Source: Thermoproteota archaeon (GTDB taxonomy: Archaea > Korarchaeota > Korarchaeia > Korarchaeales > Korarchaeaceae). Taken from it: a stretch of 64,000 nucleotides of DNA. The stretch covers positions 640,001 through 704,000 of the forward strand of contig JALSOH010000004.1 of the NCBI GenBank assembly GCA_026986575.1. The letters run 5' to 3'. Both the position numbers and the translations under genes were made by a program. Of this stretch, positions 28,381 through 38,439 are shown in pieces. The number at the start of each line of letters is the position of its first letter. The stretch's first letter is position 1. The notes beneath the pieces were generated by a model. It saw nothing but the letters and a program-made list of their open reading frames with translations, had not been told where the DNA came from and searched no databases.

Positions 28381-29897
28381 TGCTTCCCTCCCAGCTGTTG
28401 AGGGCTAGGGTCAGGAAATCGGTGCTGCTTCCCCTCTGGGCAAGGGGTACTGAGGAAGAGATCGAGCTTGCTAGGGAACTGATAGCCGCATTCCAGCTGG
28501 GGGGAAGGCTCAGCGAGATACACGAGAGAGTCGAGGAGATAGAGGGGATGTACGAACTCTTGGGGGTGGACTATAGGTTTGTCAGGGGATTGGCTCTCCT
28601 CCTCGAGAGAATGAGCCAGTTCAGGAGACCCGAAACCGTCATAGAACCGGAGAAGGCGAGAGAGGTGGTGTTTCGGCTGGTCAATGTTAAATACAGTGGT
28701 TTCGTTACCGAGGAAATTAGGGATCAGGCACTGGAGGAGGCTGCCTTGGAGTTAGGGATCTCCAAGGAAGACTTAGAGGACAGCTTGTGGGCCGACTCAG
28801 ACGATTTTCAAGTGCTGATCTCTGGGCCTGAGATATCTCCTGAGGATCTCCTCAGAAAATACAACCTCTCGCTGCTCCAGACATCTCTCTTCAAGGCCCT
28901 ACACCTCAGGATAGAGACTAGGGCGACAGGATGGGAGGTTAAGGGGTTCCTCAGGGCGCTCAAGCGATTGGGCCTTATGTACACGGCGGAACGGTTTGAG
29001 AGGGGCGTGGCAATAGAGGTAAGCGGCCCCGCCTCTATACTCAAGATGACCACTAGGTACGGTACGTCCTTGGCCAAGCTGATCCCCCATGTAGTCTCTA
29101 TGTCCCACTGGAGAATCTCGGCCGAGATCTCTAGGAACAAGAGGGTGCTCTCGCTGAGATTGGATTCCAGAGCTAGGGACTTGTTCCCGAAAGGAGGCGT
29201 TGAGGAGCCCCAGTACGACAGCTCCCTCGAGAGGAGGTTCGCCTCGATAGCCGAGGCCGGCGGTTGGAGGGCCATCAGAGAGCCAGAACCCCTAGTAGCT
29301 GGGCGTTCCATCCTCATACCGGATTTCTTACTGGTGAATGGACCAGCTAAGGTTTATGTAGAGGTCATGGGCTTCTGGACCCCAGAATACATCGAGAAGA
29401 AGATCAAGAAGTTGTCCCTCTTGAAAGAACCCATACTTATCTTGGCGAGGAAGGACCTCCTTTGCTCCAGAACAGAGAACCTGCCGAAAGATGTCTTATA
29501 CATCGAGGGGCGCATCGACAAGGTGGCCCTACTGAGGAAACTCAACGAACTGGAGAGGAGGGCTATAGAAGAGATCGCACTATCGGATCGCGATCTCGAT
29601 GGAGATATCGTGGATCTCAGGTCTCTAGCGAAGAAGAGGGGTATGAGGATTGATCAGCTGAAGAGGACCCTCTCGTTGGAGAGATATGAGGTATTGGGGA
29701 ACTATGCGGTCCGGAAAGAGGTGCTGGAGTCGCTTAAGAATAGGAAACTTCCGAGAAAGGTCAAGGAGCTGAAGGCAATGCTCAGGGAGGAGGGCTTACC
29801 CGAGGATGTGGCCTTACCCTTGGCGTCGGCCTTGGGCTATGAAGTTGTGTGGCACGGGCTGGACGAGGACGAGGCCGAGCTGTACCCAGCGGATTGA
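28380..29897 (+). CDS. bax1: DUF790 family endonuclease Bax1
   Basis: YNLSLLQT, GPASI....RYG, YDSSLERRF, IPDF...VEVMGFWTPEY; overlaps the xpb stop codon. Confidence 0.9.
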   Translation: MLPSQLLRARVRKSVLLPLWARGTEEEIELARELIAAFQLGGRLSEIHERVEEIEGMYELLGVDYRFVRGLALLLERMSQFRRPETVIEPEKAREVVFRLVNVKYSGFVTEEIRDQALEEAALELGISKEDLEDSLWADSDDFQVLISGPEISPEDLLRKYNLSLLQTSLFKALHLRIETRATGWEVKGFLRALKRLGLMYTAERFERGVAIEVSGPASILKMTTRYGTSLAKLIPHVVSMSHWRISAEISRNKRVLSLRLDSRARDLFPKGGVEEPQYDSSLERRFASIAEAGGWRAIREPEPLVAGRSILIPDFLLVNGPAKVYVEVMGFWTPEYIEKKIKKLSLLKEPILILARKDLLCSRTENLPKDVLYIEGRIDKVALLRKLNELERRAIEEIALSDRDLDGDIVDLRSLAKKRGMRIDQLKRTLSLERYEVLGNYAVRKEVLESLKNRKLPRKVKELKAMLREEGLPEDVALPLASALGYEVVWHGLDEDEAELYPAD

Positions 29898-29912
29898 GAG
29901 GAAACTTTTTAT

Positions 29913-30785
29913 ATGTCCCATTTAGGTTGGGACTGTGATGCCCTTGGAACGGACTCAGTCCTCTTAGTGGTCGATCATCCCAGACTAGAGGAGAAACTCA
30001 TTTACAACTCCTTGAGAGAAAAGGGCCTTGAAGTGGGGATCTTGAACGTGACGTCAACTCCACTACCGATAAACGGGGTGAGGGTTCCGGGGGTAGCTCT
30101 CATAAGAACAGTGGGGATGTTCAGGGGAGTCAGATCGTCTGCCGTGCTGGAATCCATGGGTTCTCACTCCATAAACAGCAGTTCGACGATAATGACCTGC
30201 GGGGACAAGGTGCTTACCTATTCAGCCCTCTCCAAACTCGGGATACCGATCCCCAAGAGCCTGCTGGCGCTGGGAAGGGACGCGGCTCTCAAGGCCTACG
30301 GGGAGTTCCAAGGCGTGGTCGTGGATAAGCCGCCCTTAGGCAGCTGGGGAAGGATGGTTTCACTCGTTAAGAGCGCGGAGATGGCGGCACAGATCGCTGA
30401 CGCGAGGGGGATGATGTCCAGCAGCGTGAGGGGGCACGTCATCCAGGAATACGTCGAGACCGGAGGTAGGGACATAAGGTGCCTCGTCTTGGGCGACAGG
30501 ATGATTGGGTGCATGGAGAGGATGGCGTCCAGAGGCTGGAAGAGCAACGTGGCGCTGGGAGGGACGGTAAGACACATCAAGGTGACTAGCGAGATAGAAG
30601 AGCTTTCCTTGAAGGCAGCGGAGGCTGTGAAGGGGGAATTCGTGGCTGTGGATCTTCTCTCCAACGAGGAGATTTTAGTGAATGAGGTCAACGGAATCCC
30701 CGAGTTCAAGGGCTTCATAAAAGCTACCGGAATCGACGTAGCCATGGAGCTCGCCTCGTACGTGTGGGAGGTGCTCAGGTCTTGA
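29913..30785 (+). CDS. argX: ATP-grasp [LysW]-glutamate ligase (ArgX-like)
   Basis: RimK/LysX ATP-grasp motifs (KPPLGSWGR, QEYV, RDIR, NEVN.IPEF); NVALG signature rather than NTARG. Confidence 0.72.
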   Translation: MSHLGWDCDALGTDSVLLVVDHPRLEEKLIYNSLREKGLEVGILNVTSTPLPINGVRVPGVALIRTVGMFRGVRSSAVLESMGSHSINSSSTIMTCGDKVLTYSALSKLGIPIPKSLLALGRDAALKAYGEFQGVVVDKPPLGSWGRMVSLVKSAEMAAQIADARGMMSSSVRGHVIQEYVETGGRDIRCLVLGDRMIGCMERMASRGWKSNVALGGTVRHIKVTSEIEELSLKAAEAVKGEFVAVDLLSNEEILVNEVNGIPEFKGFIKATGIDVAMELASYVWEVLRS

Positions 30786-31804
30786 GAGTGGCCGTTTTCG
30801 GAGCTTCAGGCTATACGGGTGGGGAGCTTCTGAGGATCTTGGTCTCCCATCCGGCTTTCACTGTGACTGTGATCACATCTAGGGAGTACGCGGGTAAGCC
30901 GGTCTACATGGCGCATCCCCACCTGAAGGGGCTCCTTTCGCTGAAGTTCGTCAAGCTGGAGGAGGCCTTAAACAGGGAGTTCGATTACGCGCTCCTCGCC
31001 CTCCCTCACGGCATCTCCAAGGATGTGATCCCCTCCCTGCTTGAGAAGGGGATCGGGGTAGTCGATCTGGGGGCCGATTTCAGGCTGAAGGACCCGTCCC
31101 TCTATGAGACGTGGTACGGGTGGAAGCATCCGAATCCCGAACTGCTGGAAGAGGCGGTTTACGGACTGCCCGAGCTGCACAGGGACGAGATAAGGGATGC
31201 AAGGCTCGTAGCCTCACCGGGGTGCAACGCGACAGCCACGATACTGGCCTCCGCTCCCCTAGTTAAGCTGGGGGCGAGGAAGGTGCTAGCGGATGTCAAG
31301 GTCGGCAGCAGCGAAGCAGGATCCAAGCCATCGAGGGGAACCCACCATCCAGAGAGGAGTGGCGCCATAAGACCCTACTCAGCCTCGGGACACAGGCATC
31401 AGGTGGAGGCATCCCAAGAGCTCTCTCTGCTCGTGGGGGAGGAGGTGAGGGTCAGCATGGTACCCCACTCCGTCGGTTCCGTCAGGGGAGCCTTTGCCAG
31501 CGCGCACGCGGAGCTGGAGGTGGACGAGGGCGAGCTGTGGAGGGCATTCGCCAGGTTCTACTCCAATGAACCCTTCGTCAGGGTCATGCAGAGGGGATCA
31601 TACCCGAACGTGAAGAACGTGCTGGGAAGCAACTTCGCTGACGTGGGGTTCGCATCAGATCCCTCACTTCCTAGGGCATCGGGGTTCGCGGCGATAGACA
31701 ACCTCATGAAGGGGGCGGCGGGGCAGGCCATCCAGTCCCTCAACCTGATGGCCGGCTTGGAGGAGACCACAGGACTGATGTACCCCCCACTCAGTCCAGC
31801 GTAG
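30782..31804 (+). CDS. lysY: [LysW]-aminoadipate/glutamate-phosphate reductase (ArgC-like)
   Basis: GASGYTG, ALPHG, DLGADFRL, YGLPE, PGCNAT, DNLMKGAAGQA. Confidence 0.92.
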   Translation: MRVAVFGASGYTGGELLRILVSHPAFTVTVITSREYAGKPVYMAHPHLKGLLSLKFVKLEEALNREFDYALLALPHGISKDVIPSLLEKGIGVVDLGADFRLKDPSLYETWYGWKHPNPELLEEAVYGLPELHRDEIRDARLVASPGCNATATILASAPLVKLGARKVLADVKVGSSEAGSKPSRGTHHPERSGAIRPYSASGHRHQVEASQELSLLVGEEVRVSMVPHSVGSVRGAFASAHAELEVDEGELWRAFARFYSNEPFVRVMQRGSYPNVKNVLGSNFADVGFASDPSLPRASGFAAIDNLMKGAAGQAIQSLNLMAGLEETTGLMYPPLSPA

Positions 31805-31812
31805 GTGGTGGC

Positions 31813-32595
31813 ATGATAGTCGTGAAGGTGGGAGGGAGGACCCTCGACAACTTCCCCTCCATAGCCGAGGACTTGGGGAGACATCAGCCGTTCGTGCTGG
31901 TTCACGGCGGGGGCGATCTGGTCACCGAGTACTCAAAGAGGATGGGAGTGGAGCCCAAGATAGTGGTATCGCCCTCAGGTATAAGGAGCAGGTACACCGA
32001 CGAGGACGAGCTGGAAGTGTTCACGATGGTGCTTGCCGGCAAGGTCAACAAGGAACTGGTCTCCACGCTTCTCGACTTGGGAATCCAAGCCGTGGGGATC
32101 TCCGGCGTGGATGGCCTCACCTTGATCGCTAGGAGGAAGAGGAGGATAGTCGTACTGGAGAGGGGGAGGAGGAGAGTGATACCCGGGGGCTATACCGGGA
32201 AGATCGAGGAGGTCAGGGTGGATCTCATCAGCCTCCTCTTGGACTCTGGGTACAATGCGGTCGTAGCCCCTCTGGCTAGGGGAACGGAGGGCGAGATGCT
32301 GAACGTGGACGGTGATCAAGCCGCATCCAAACTTTCTATCACTCTGAAGCCCGCATACCTCGTCCTGCTGTCCGATGTGGAGGGGGTAATGTGGGAGGGG
32401 GATGTCGTGAAGAGACTGACGCCCGAGGAGGCCGAGGAGCTGGCTGCTAAGTTAGGGGCTGGCATGAACCGGAAGCTCATGATGGCCGCGGAGGTGGCGC
32501 GGTCCGGGGTGCGGGTTGCCATCTCCAGCGGCCTGGTGGACGAACCCGTTACCCAAGCCTTAAACGGCGCTGGCACGCACATCGTTCCTAGCTAG
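31813..32595 (+). CDS. lysZ: [LysW]-aminoadipate/glutamate kinase
   Basis: VVKVGG, VHGGG, SRYTD, NVDGD, GMNRKL. Confidence 0.92.
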   Translation: MIVVKVGGRTLDNFPSIAEDLGRHQPFVLVHGGGDLVTEYSKRMGVEPKIVVSPSGIRSRYTDEDELEVFTMVLAGKVNKELVSTLLDLGIQAVGISGVDGLTLIARRKRRIVVLERGRRRVIPGGYTGKIEEVRVDLISLLLDSGYNAVVAPLARGTEGEMLNVDGDQAASKLSITLKPAYLVLLSDVEGVMWEGDVVKRLTPEEAEELAAKLGAGMNRKLMMAAEVARSGVRVAISSGLVDEPVTQALNGAGTHIVPS

Positions 32596-32619
32596 GAATT
32601 TTCCACTATTTTCCGATAT

Positions 32620-32652
32620 TCGTCCTATATAGTTCGAGGATAACGTTTATAT
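32620..32652 (+). promoter_or_regulatory. Imperfect palindrome plus TATA box upstream of lysW (internal promoter)
   Basis: TCGTCCTATATAGTTCGA (32620-32637) followed by TTTATAT at 32646-32652. Confidence 0.45.
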
Positions 32653-32684
32653 TATGAGGTATTCGTATCGCACGGTGCGAAGAT

Positions 32685-32855
32685 ATGGAGACCGAGTGTC
32701 CCATCTGCGGTTCCCCCGTGGAACTCCCCGACGACGTCATGGCTGGCGAGCTCCTCGAATGCCCCTCCTGCGGGGCCACATTAGAGGTATATGAGCAGGA
32801 TGGAACGTTTCTACTGAAGGAGGCTGAAGAGATAGGCGAGGACTGGGGAGAATGA
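32685..32855 (+). CDS. lysW: Amino-group carrier protein LysW (56 aa; not in the ORF track)
   Basis: Manual translation METECPICGSPVELPDDVMAGELLECPSCGATLEVYEQDGTFLLKEAEEIGEDWGE: two CxxC motifs and the diagnostic EDWGE terminus; ATGA overlap with lysX. Confidence 0.97.
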   Translation: METECPICGSPVELPDDVMAGELLECPSCGATLEVYEQDGTFLLKEAEEIGEDWGE

Positions 32856-33685
32856 GGATAGCTCTGGTCTATGAGAGGTTGAGGGAGGAGGAAAGACAGC
32901 TCATAAGGGCCATCGAGGAGCTGGGACACGAGCCAGTACCTTTACACCTCAACTCCAACTTCCTCCCGCTTGATCACGGGAAGACCTTCGAGGCCGATGC
33001 GGCCCTGATACGGGCGATCAGCGCCGCCAAGGCGCACGCATCGGCCGTGACCCTGTCGAGCTTGGGGGTGAGGGTGGTTAACTCGCCTGAGGTACTGTCT
33101 ATCTGCGGGAATAAGCTGGCAACGACGGCCAGACTATCTGAGGCCGGGATCCCCACTCCCAAGACGACAGTGGCTTTCTCGCTCGAGGGTGCCTTGGAGG
33201 CGGCGAAGTCAATAGGATATCCTGTGGTGATCAAACCGGTCAACGGGAGCTGGGGTAGGCTGGTGTCCCTGGCGCAGGACGAGGAGGAGCTGAGGACCAT
33301 ACTGGAGCATCGGGAGGCAATTCCCTCCCCCTACTACAGGATTCACTACATTCAGGAATTCATAAGGAAGCCAGGGAGGGACATAAGGGCTTACGGAACT
33401 GAAAAGACCTTCATCACGGCCATCTACAGGGTATCGGATCACTGGGTCACCAACACGGCTAGAGGTGCGAAGGCTGTACCGGCTGAGTACAGGGAGGAGC
33501 TCGCTGATCTCGTTATTAGAACCGCTGAAGCTATGGGGGGTGGGTTCCTCGGCGTGGACATAGCTGAGGACGAGGAGAGGGGGCTAGTAGTGATAGAGGT
33601 GAATGGTGTCACAGAATTCAAGAACGCTGCCCGCGTGACCGGCGTTGACATCGCTAAGGAGTTGGTGAGTTACGCGATGAGGTGA
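32852..33685 (+). CDS. lysX: [LysW]-aminoadipate ligase
   Basis: KPVNGSWGR, YIQEF, RDIR, WVTNTARG, EVNGVTEFKN. Confidence 0.9.
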   Translation: MRIALVYERLREEERQLIRAIEELGHEPVPLHLNSNFLPLDHGKTFEADAALIRAISAAKAHASAVTLSSLGVRVVNSPEVLSICGNKLATTARLSEAGIPTPKTTVAFSLEGALEAAKSIGYPVVIKPVNGSWGRLVSLAQDEEELRTILEHREAIPSPYYRIHYIQEFIRKPGRDIRAYGTEKTFITAIYRVSDHWVTNTARGAKAVPAEYREELADLVIRTAEAMGGGFLGVDIAEDEERGLVVIEVNGVTEFKNAARVTGVDIAKELVSYAMR

Positions 33686-33689
33686 GTAG

Positions 33690-34835
33690 GTGGTCTCACT
33701 GATCTCATTCTACGGGTCTAGAGGACTCAAACTCGTGAAGGGAGAGGGCCAGTACGTGTGGGACTCGGAGGGTAGGCGCTATCTAGATGCTCATACAGGT
33801 CACGGAGCTGCTTTTCTCGGGCACAGGCCTCCTAGAGTGGTGAAGGCAATCCAAGATCAGATGAGCTCGATAATGGTGGTGACCCCGAGCTTCGTGAGCG
33901 AGTCCATGGAGAGGTGCCTTTCCTCCTTAGGACTGGTTCTCCCCAATGGGTTGAACCACGTGTACTTCCAGAACAGTGGAACCGAGGCCGTGGAGCTGGC
34001 GTTGAAGCTCGCCTTCAAGGCGACGGGTAGGAAAGGCGTTGTAGCCTTCATGGGAAGCTTCCACGGCAGGACGCTGGGCTCCCTTTCCGCTACTTGGAAC
34101 CCAAAGTACAGGAAGGGCTATCCTCTAGTAGATGTTAGGTTCGGGAGATTCAACGATTCTTCTTCAGCCGATCTGATAGACGAGGAGGTCGCAGCGGTCA
34201 TAGTCGAGCCTATCCAAGGAGAGGGCGGCGTCAGACCTACGACACCAGAATTCCTTAGAGCGTTAAGGGAGGCCTGCGAGGAGCACGGCTCTGTCCTGAT
34301 ATTCGATGAGGTCCAGAGCGGGTTCGGCAGGACCGGCGAGGTGTGGGCCCATAGGACTAGGGGAGTCGATCCGGACGTCATGACCGCCGGCAAGAGCATG
34401 GGCGGTGGATTCCCTGTCAGCATGGTGGCAGCTAGGGAGTGGGTAATCGAATCCCTCAAAGGAGGAGAGCACGGTTCCACCCACGGAGGTAATCCGCTGG
34501 CCTGCGCTGCGGTCTATGGAGGAGTATCTACCCTGCTCGAGGACGACGTACCTTCCAGAGCTGCTAAGATGGGTAATGCATTGATTAAGGGACTGAAGGG
34601 CATTGAATCGCGCCTAATAAGGGATGTGAGAGGAGAGGGACTCATGATCGGGGTTGAACTCAGGGCCGACGTTGGACCTGTCCTCAAGAGACTGCAACAG
34701 AGGGGAATCTTAGCCCTCAGAGCGGGGAAGGCCGTTCTCAGGCTGCTTCCTCCTTACCTGATAACCGAGGAGGATGTGAGTAGGATTGTGGAGGAGGTGG
34801 AGAGTGCCCTCATTCACGAAATCGGGAGTCGATGA
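33690..34835 (+). CDS. lysJ: [LysW]-aminoadipate semialdehyde/glutamate semialdehyde aminotransferase
   Basis: NSGTEA, FHGRT, EPIQGEGG, DEVQSGFGRTG, PLP lysine in AGKS, HGSTHGGNP. Confidence 0.9.
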   Translation: MVSLISFYGSRGLKLVKGEGQYVWDSEGRRYLDAHTGHGAAFLGHRPPRVVKAIQDQMSSIMVVTPSFVSESMERCLSSLGLVLPNGLNHVYFQNSGTEAVELALKLAFKATGRKGVVAFMGSFHGRTLGSLSATWNPKYRKGYPLVDVRFGRFNDSSSADLIDEEVAAVIVEPIQGEGGVRPTTPEFLRALREACEEHGSVLIFDEVQSGFGRTGEVWAHRTRGVDPDVMTAGKSMGGGFPVSMVAAREWVIESLKGGEHGSTHGGNPLACAAVYGGVSTLLEDDVPSRAAKMGNALIKGLKGIESRLIRDVRGEGLMIGVELRADVGPVLKRLQQRGILALRAGKAVLRLLPPYLITEEDVSRIVEEVESALIHEIGSR

Positions 34836-35838
34836 GATCCTGATCAAACTCTTGAGGGCTTACAGCCCTACCGGCCGGGAGGACAACGCTAGGGATGTGA
34901 TAGTGGAGATCTGCGAAGATCTCGGATTGAGTGTCGAGATTGACGGGGTGGGAAATGTTCTCGCTAGTAAAGGAGTAGGTGGCAGGGTGTGGCTCGTCGG
35001 TCACTATGACACAGTCCCCGGGAGGCTTCCCGTCAGAAGAAACGGAGATGTGATCTCCGGCAGGGGAGCCGTGGATGCGAAGGGACCCCTCTCTGCAATG
35101 TTAATGGCGGCATCCCTCTCTAAATCGTCCGTGACAGTTGCGGCCCTTGTGGGCGAGGAGGGGGACAGCAGGGGAGCCAGATACCTGCTTACTAGAGAAC
35201 TCCCACCTTTTGTGGTGATAGGGGAGCCTTCCAACAAAACTGGCGTCATAATAGCCTACAGGGGAGGGGCGCACCTGACCTTGAGGTGTAAGGCGGAAGG
35301 AGGTCACTCATCATCTCCCGGAGTATCTGCAGTGGATCTGCTTGTGGAGTCCATCTCAAGAATGAAAGAGGTGGCTCCAGGCGGGAAATACGATGTTCCT
35401 AGCATTACCACCACCATGATCAGCGGCGGAGAGGCGCCTAACGTTCTTCCAAAGATGGCTGAGGCAGTACTAGACTTGAGGGTCCCTCCAGGGATCGATC
35501 ATTCGATGATACTCGATGAGATAAAATCTAAGCTCTTAGAAGGGTGTGAGGTAGCTGCCTTATGGTCTGTTCCACCTGTAGCGGTCAGACCTAGCGAACC
35601 AGTTCCTAGGGCGTTAACTAGGTCCATCATCTCCCTAGGAGGGAAACCCAGGCTCCTGAAGAAATATGGATCTAGTGATATGAACCTGCTTCACGGAAAG
35701 GTCTCAAGCATAGCGGCCTACGGACCGGGCGATGGGAAGCTGGCTCACACCGCCACGGAGTTCGTGAATACTAGGGACTTAGAGTTTGCTGTAGAGGTCT
35801 ACCTAAAAACGGTAGAGTACTTATCGAACCTTGATTGA
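34804..35838 (+). CDS. lysK: [LysW]-lysine/ornithine hydrolase (M20 family)
   Basis: GHYDTVPG, GRGAVDAKGP, GEE, GEPS, GSSDMN, YGPGD..AHT. Confidence 0.88.
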   Translation: MPSFTKSGVDEILIKLLRAYSPTGREDNARDVIVEICEDLGLSVEIDGVGNVLASKGVGGRVWLVGHYDTVPGRLPVRRNGDVISGRGAVDAKGPLSAMLMAASLSKSSVTVAALVGEEGDSRGARYLLTRELPPFVVIGEPSNKTGVIIAYRGGAHLTLRCKAEGGHSSSPGVSAVDLLVESISRMKEVAPGGKYDVPSITTTMISGGEAPNVLPKMAEAVLDLRVPPGIDHSMILDEIKSKLLEGCEVAALWSVPPVAVRPSEPVPRALTRSIISLGGKPRLLKKYGSSDMNLLHGKVSSIAAYGPGDGKLAHTATEFVNTRDLEFAVEVYLKTVEYLSNLD

Positions 35839-35911
35839 CGTGCTGTGGAGCCCGGAAAGTCACACAGTCTAGCGGGCTGACGCTTAAATTATAGTTTCGA
35901 CTATTATAGTT

Positions 35912-37282
35912 GTGACTCGAAAATTCATCAATAGGGAGTTGGAGCTTACCCTGCTGGAGGATAGCTGGGAAAGAGGGGATCGCCTCATAATAGTGTACGG
36001 GAGGAGGAGGATAGGGAAAACGGAGCTCTTGAAGCAATTCATAAGGGATAAGCCAGCCATCTATTACCTGTGCTCTCTTAGGAAGGTCCCTTACAATTTG
36101 AAGAGGTTCTCTCACAGGGTATCCGAATTCTTAAGGATTCCCAAAATTCAGTTTTCTAGCTTTCAGGACGCTTTCGAGGCCCTGAAGGGAAAGGGCAGGT
36201 TAATCGTCGTGATAGATGAATTCGGCTACTTGGTCAGGGATGATCCAGGGATTCTGAGCGATTTTCAAGAGATAGTGGACGAAAAATTGAGAGATTCGGA
36301 GATCACACTGATCTTATGCGGATCCAGCATCTCCATGATGGAGACGAGGGTGATGGGAGCGAAGTCCCCCCTCTACGGAAGGGCTGACAGGTACTTGAGG
36401 GTGAGACCCTTCAACATGAGGCAACTGACCTCTTGGTTCCCAAGTGCCGCTCCCGAAGACCTGATTAAGATATACGCGGTAACGGGGGGAGTGGCAAGAT
36501 ACTTGGAATTCTTCTCCGGAGTAGAAGTGGAAGCCGAGATTGAGAAAAACTTCTTCGACCCCTCATCCTTCCTGTACATGGATGCCATAACCATGTTATC
36601 AGAGGAGCTCAGGGACTATGCTACTTACCTACAAGTACTGGAGGCCATAAGCTTGGGGTATAACAAGGTAACGGAAATAGCTAATTACGCGTTCCTCCAA
36701 CCCAAGGACGTCCACTTCTACCTCAAGGTGCTTTCATCCTTAGGCATAGTAAGGAGGATAATCCCAGTCCTATCCCCTAGGAAAACCAAGAGGGGAGTAT
36801 ATGAGATAGGGGACAACTATTTCGACTTCTGGTTCGGGTTCGTGTCGCCGTTCCAGTCCGAGATAGAGTCGGGGTATAGGGGCCCGGTACTTCGGAACTT
36901 CAGGGAAAAATTCCCAGCTTACCTGGGCAGGGTGTTTGAGAGGGTGGTTCGGGAATTGATAAGGCCGCTCCTGCCGTACAAACCGATACAGGTGGGTAAG
37001 TGGTGGCGTAAAGATGTGGAGATAGATGTGGTCGCGCACGACGACTCGCACATTGCCTTCCTGGAGGTAAAGTGGTCTGATCTCTCGATCAGAGCTGCGA
37101 GAGGGATCCTAACTTCTCTGAAGGAGAAGGCTTCAAAGGTAAAGTTCGATGGGAAGAGGTATTACGGCCTTGTAGCTAGAAGTATTGCTAAGAAGGAGGA
37201 GCTGTCGAAAGAGGGCTTTATAGTCTACGACCTCGGGGATATTTTAGCTCTTGGAGACCGTGGAACTCACGAAAGCACGTAA
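35912..37282 (+). CDS. Archaeal ATPase (ATPase_2 + DUF234 type)
   Basis: FINRE.EL, YGRRRIGKT, VIDEF, LCGS, SPLYGR, and C-terminal EIDVV...EVKW. Confidence 0.9.
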   Translation: MTRKFINRELELTLLEDSWERGDRLIIVYGRRRIGKTELLKQFIRDKPAIYYLCSLRKVPYNLKRFSHRVSEFLRIPKIQFSSFQDAFEALKGKGRLIVVIDEFGYLVRDDPGILSDFQEIVDEKLRDSEITLILCGSSISMMETRVMGAKSPLYGRADRYLRVRPFNMRQLTSWFPSAAPEDLIKIYAVTGGVARYLEFFSGVEVEAEIEKNFFDPSSFLYMDAITMLSEELRDYATYLQVLEAISLGYNKVTEIANYAFLQPKDVHFYLKVLSSLGIVRRIIPVLSPRKTKRGVYEIGDNYFDFWFGFVSPFQSEIESGYRGPVLRNFREKFPAYLGRVFERVVRELIRPLLPYKPIQVGKWWRKDVEIDVVAHDDSHIAFLEVKWSDLSIRAARGILTSLKEKASKVKFDGKRYYGLVARSIAKKEELSKEGFIVYDLGDILALGDRGTHEST

Positions 37283-37290
37283 AATCATCA

Positions 37291-38439
37291 GTGGATTATG
37301 GAGGGTTTTATTTGCCTGAAGTGAGGTTATCTGAGTTGCTGAGGATTAAAACATCAGTGAGAGAGAAGTTGGCCTCAAAACTAGATAGAAGGGAAATAAA
37401 GGAGGCTCTGGATGACAGACACGCCCACAGAGAGCCCAGACCCTGTGGGTTAACTGTTCATCCGGGTAGGGGATGCACCTACGCTTGCATCTACTGCTAC
37501 ATCGAGGACATGGGCGTACCCCGGAGGCCGGAGCCGTCCCGCCTGTCAGGCTTACAACTGGCCTATGCCATCGCTTCGAACCCGTACACCCTTCTCGGGA
37601 AGGGAGGGACGTTCCTAGCTTTCGGCTCGGTCACGGAGCCCTTCTTGCTGGCCATCAAGGATAGGACCCTCGAGTACTTGGGAGCCGTATCCCGCTACTT
37701 GGGGAACCCGACACAGTTCTCGACGAAGGCCTACCTCAGCGAGGAGGATGCGGAAAGGATCTGGTCCCTCGATCCCTCAGTTAGCGCCTTGGTCACCATC
37801 CCAGCACTGAGGTGGGCGGAGAGGATAGAGCCGAAAACTCCCTCGCCGGAACTGAGGTTCAGGACCCTCAGCAACCTGCTACAGCGAGGAATACATGCAT
37901 CACTCTTCCTCCGACCGCTGATCCCGGGAATGAGTGAGGAGGACGGTCCTCTGATACTGGAAAGGGCTGCCAGCTTGGGCGTTAGGGGAGTAGTGTTGGG
38001 AGCACTCAGGGTGACCCGTCGCATCCTTAGAGAGCTCGAAGCTGTGGGTCTGGGGGACCTAGCTGACAGGATGATCAGGGAGCCGAAGAGCCCCACTGAT
38101 CAGGTGCCACTGAACACGGGAGATCTGAAGAGGATGCTCTCGTCGAGGGCAAGGGCCTTGGACCTCAAGGTGTTCCCCTCAGCCTGCTCCGCCAACGTGG
38201 ATGCCCATGATCTCGGGTGCCACATGTGCAACATGGGTCCCTGCAACGGCTCCCTACCCGATTACGATCCTGAGGAGATAGAGCAGGCCCTGAGAGACTT
38301 GGGAATCGAGGCTAGAATAATCCCAAAGGACAAGAAGATCCTCGCATTGGTGAAAGGAGGTTCGAAGAGGATGAGGAGGGTGAGGCACTTGGTCTCCACC
38401 GCTACCAAGAGGATGGTGACCGTCAGGCCTGTGAGGTAG
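37291..38439 (+). CDS. Radical SAM protein (spore photoproduct lyase-like superfamily)
   Basis: GCTYACIYCY (CxxxCxxC), GSVTEPF, STK, LRPLIPG; additional C-terminal cysteines. Confidence 0.82.
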   Translation: MDYGGFYLPEVRLSELLRIKTSVREKLASKLDRREIKEALDDRHAHREPRPCGLTVHPGRGCTYACIYCYIEDMGVPRRPEPSRLSGLQLAYAIASNPYTLLGKGGTFLAFGSVTEPFLLAIKDRTLEYLGAVSRYLGNPTQFSTKAYLSEEDAERIWSLDPSVSALVTIPALRWAERIEPKTPSPELRFRTLSNLLQRGIHASLFLRPLIPGMSEEDGPLILERAASLGVRGVVLGALRVTRRILRELEAVGLGDLADRMIREPKSPTDQVPLNTGDLKRMLSSRARALDLKVFPSACSANVDAHDLGCHMCNMGPCNGSLPDYDPEEIEQALRDLGIEARIIPKDKKILALVKGGSKRMRRVRHLVSTATKRMVTVRPVR

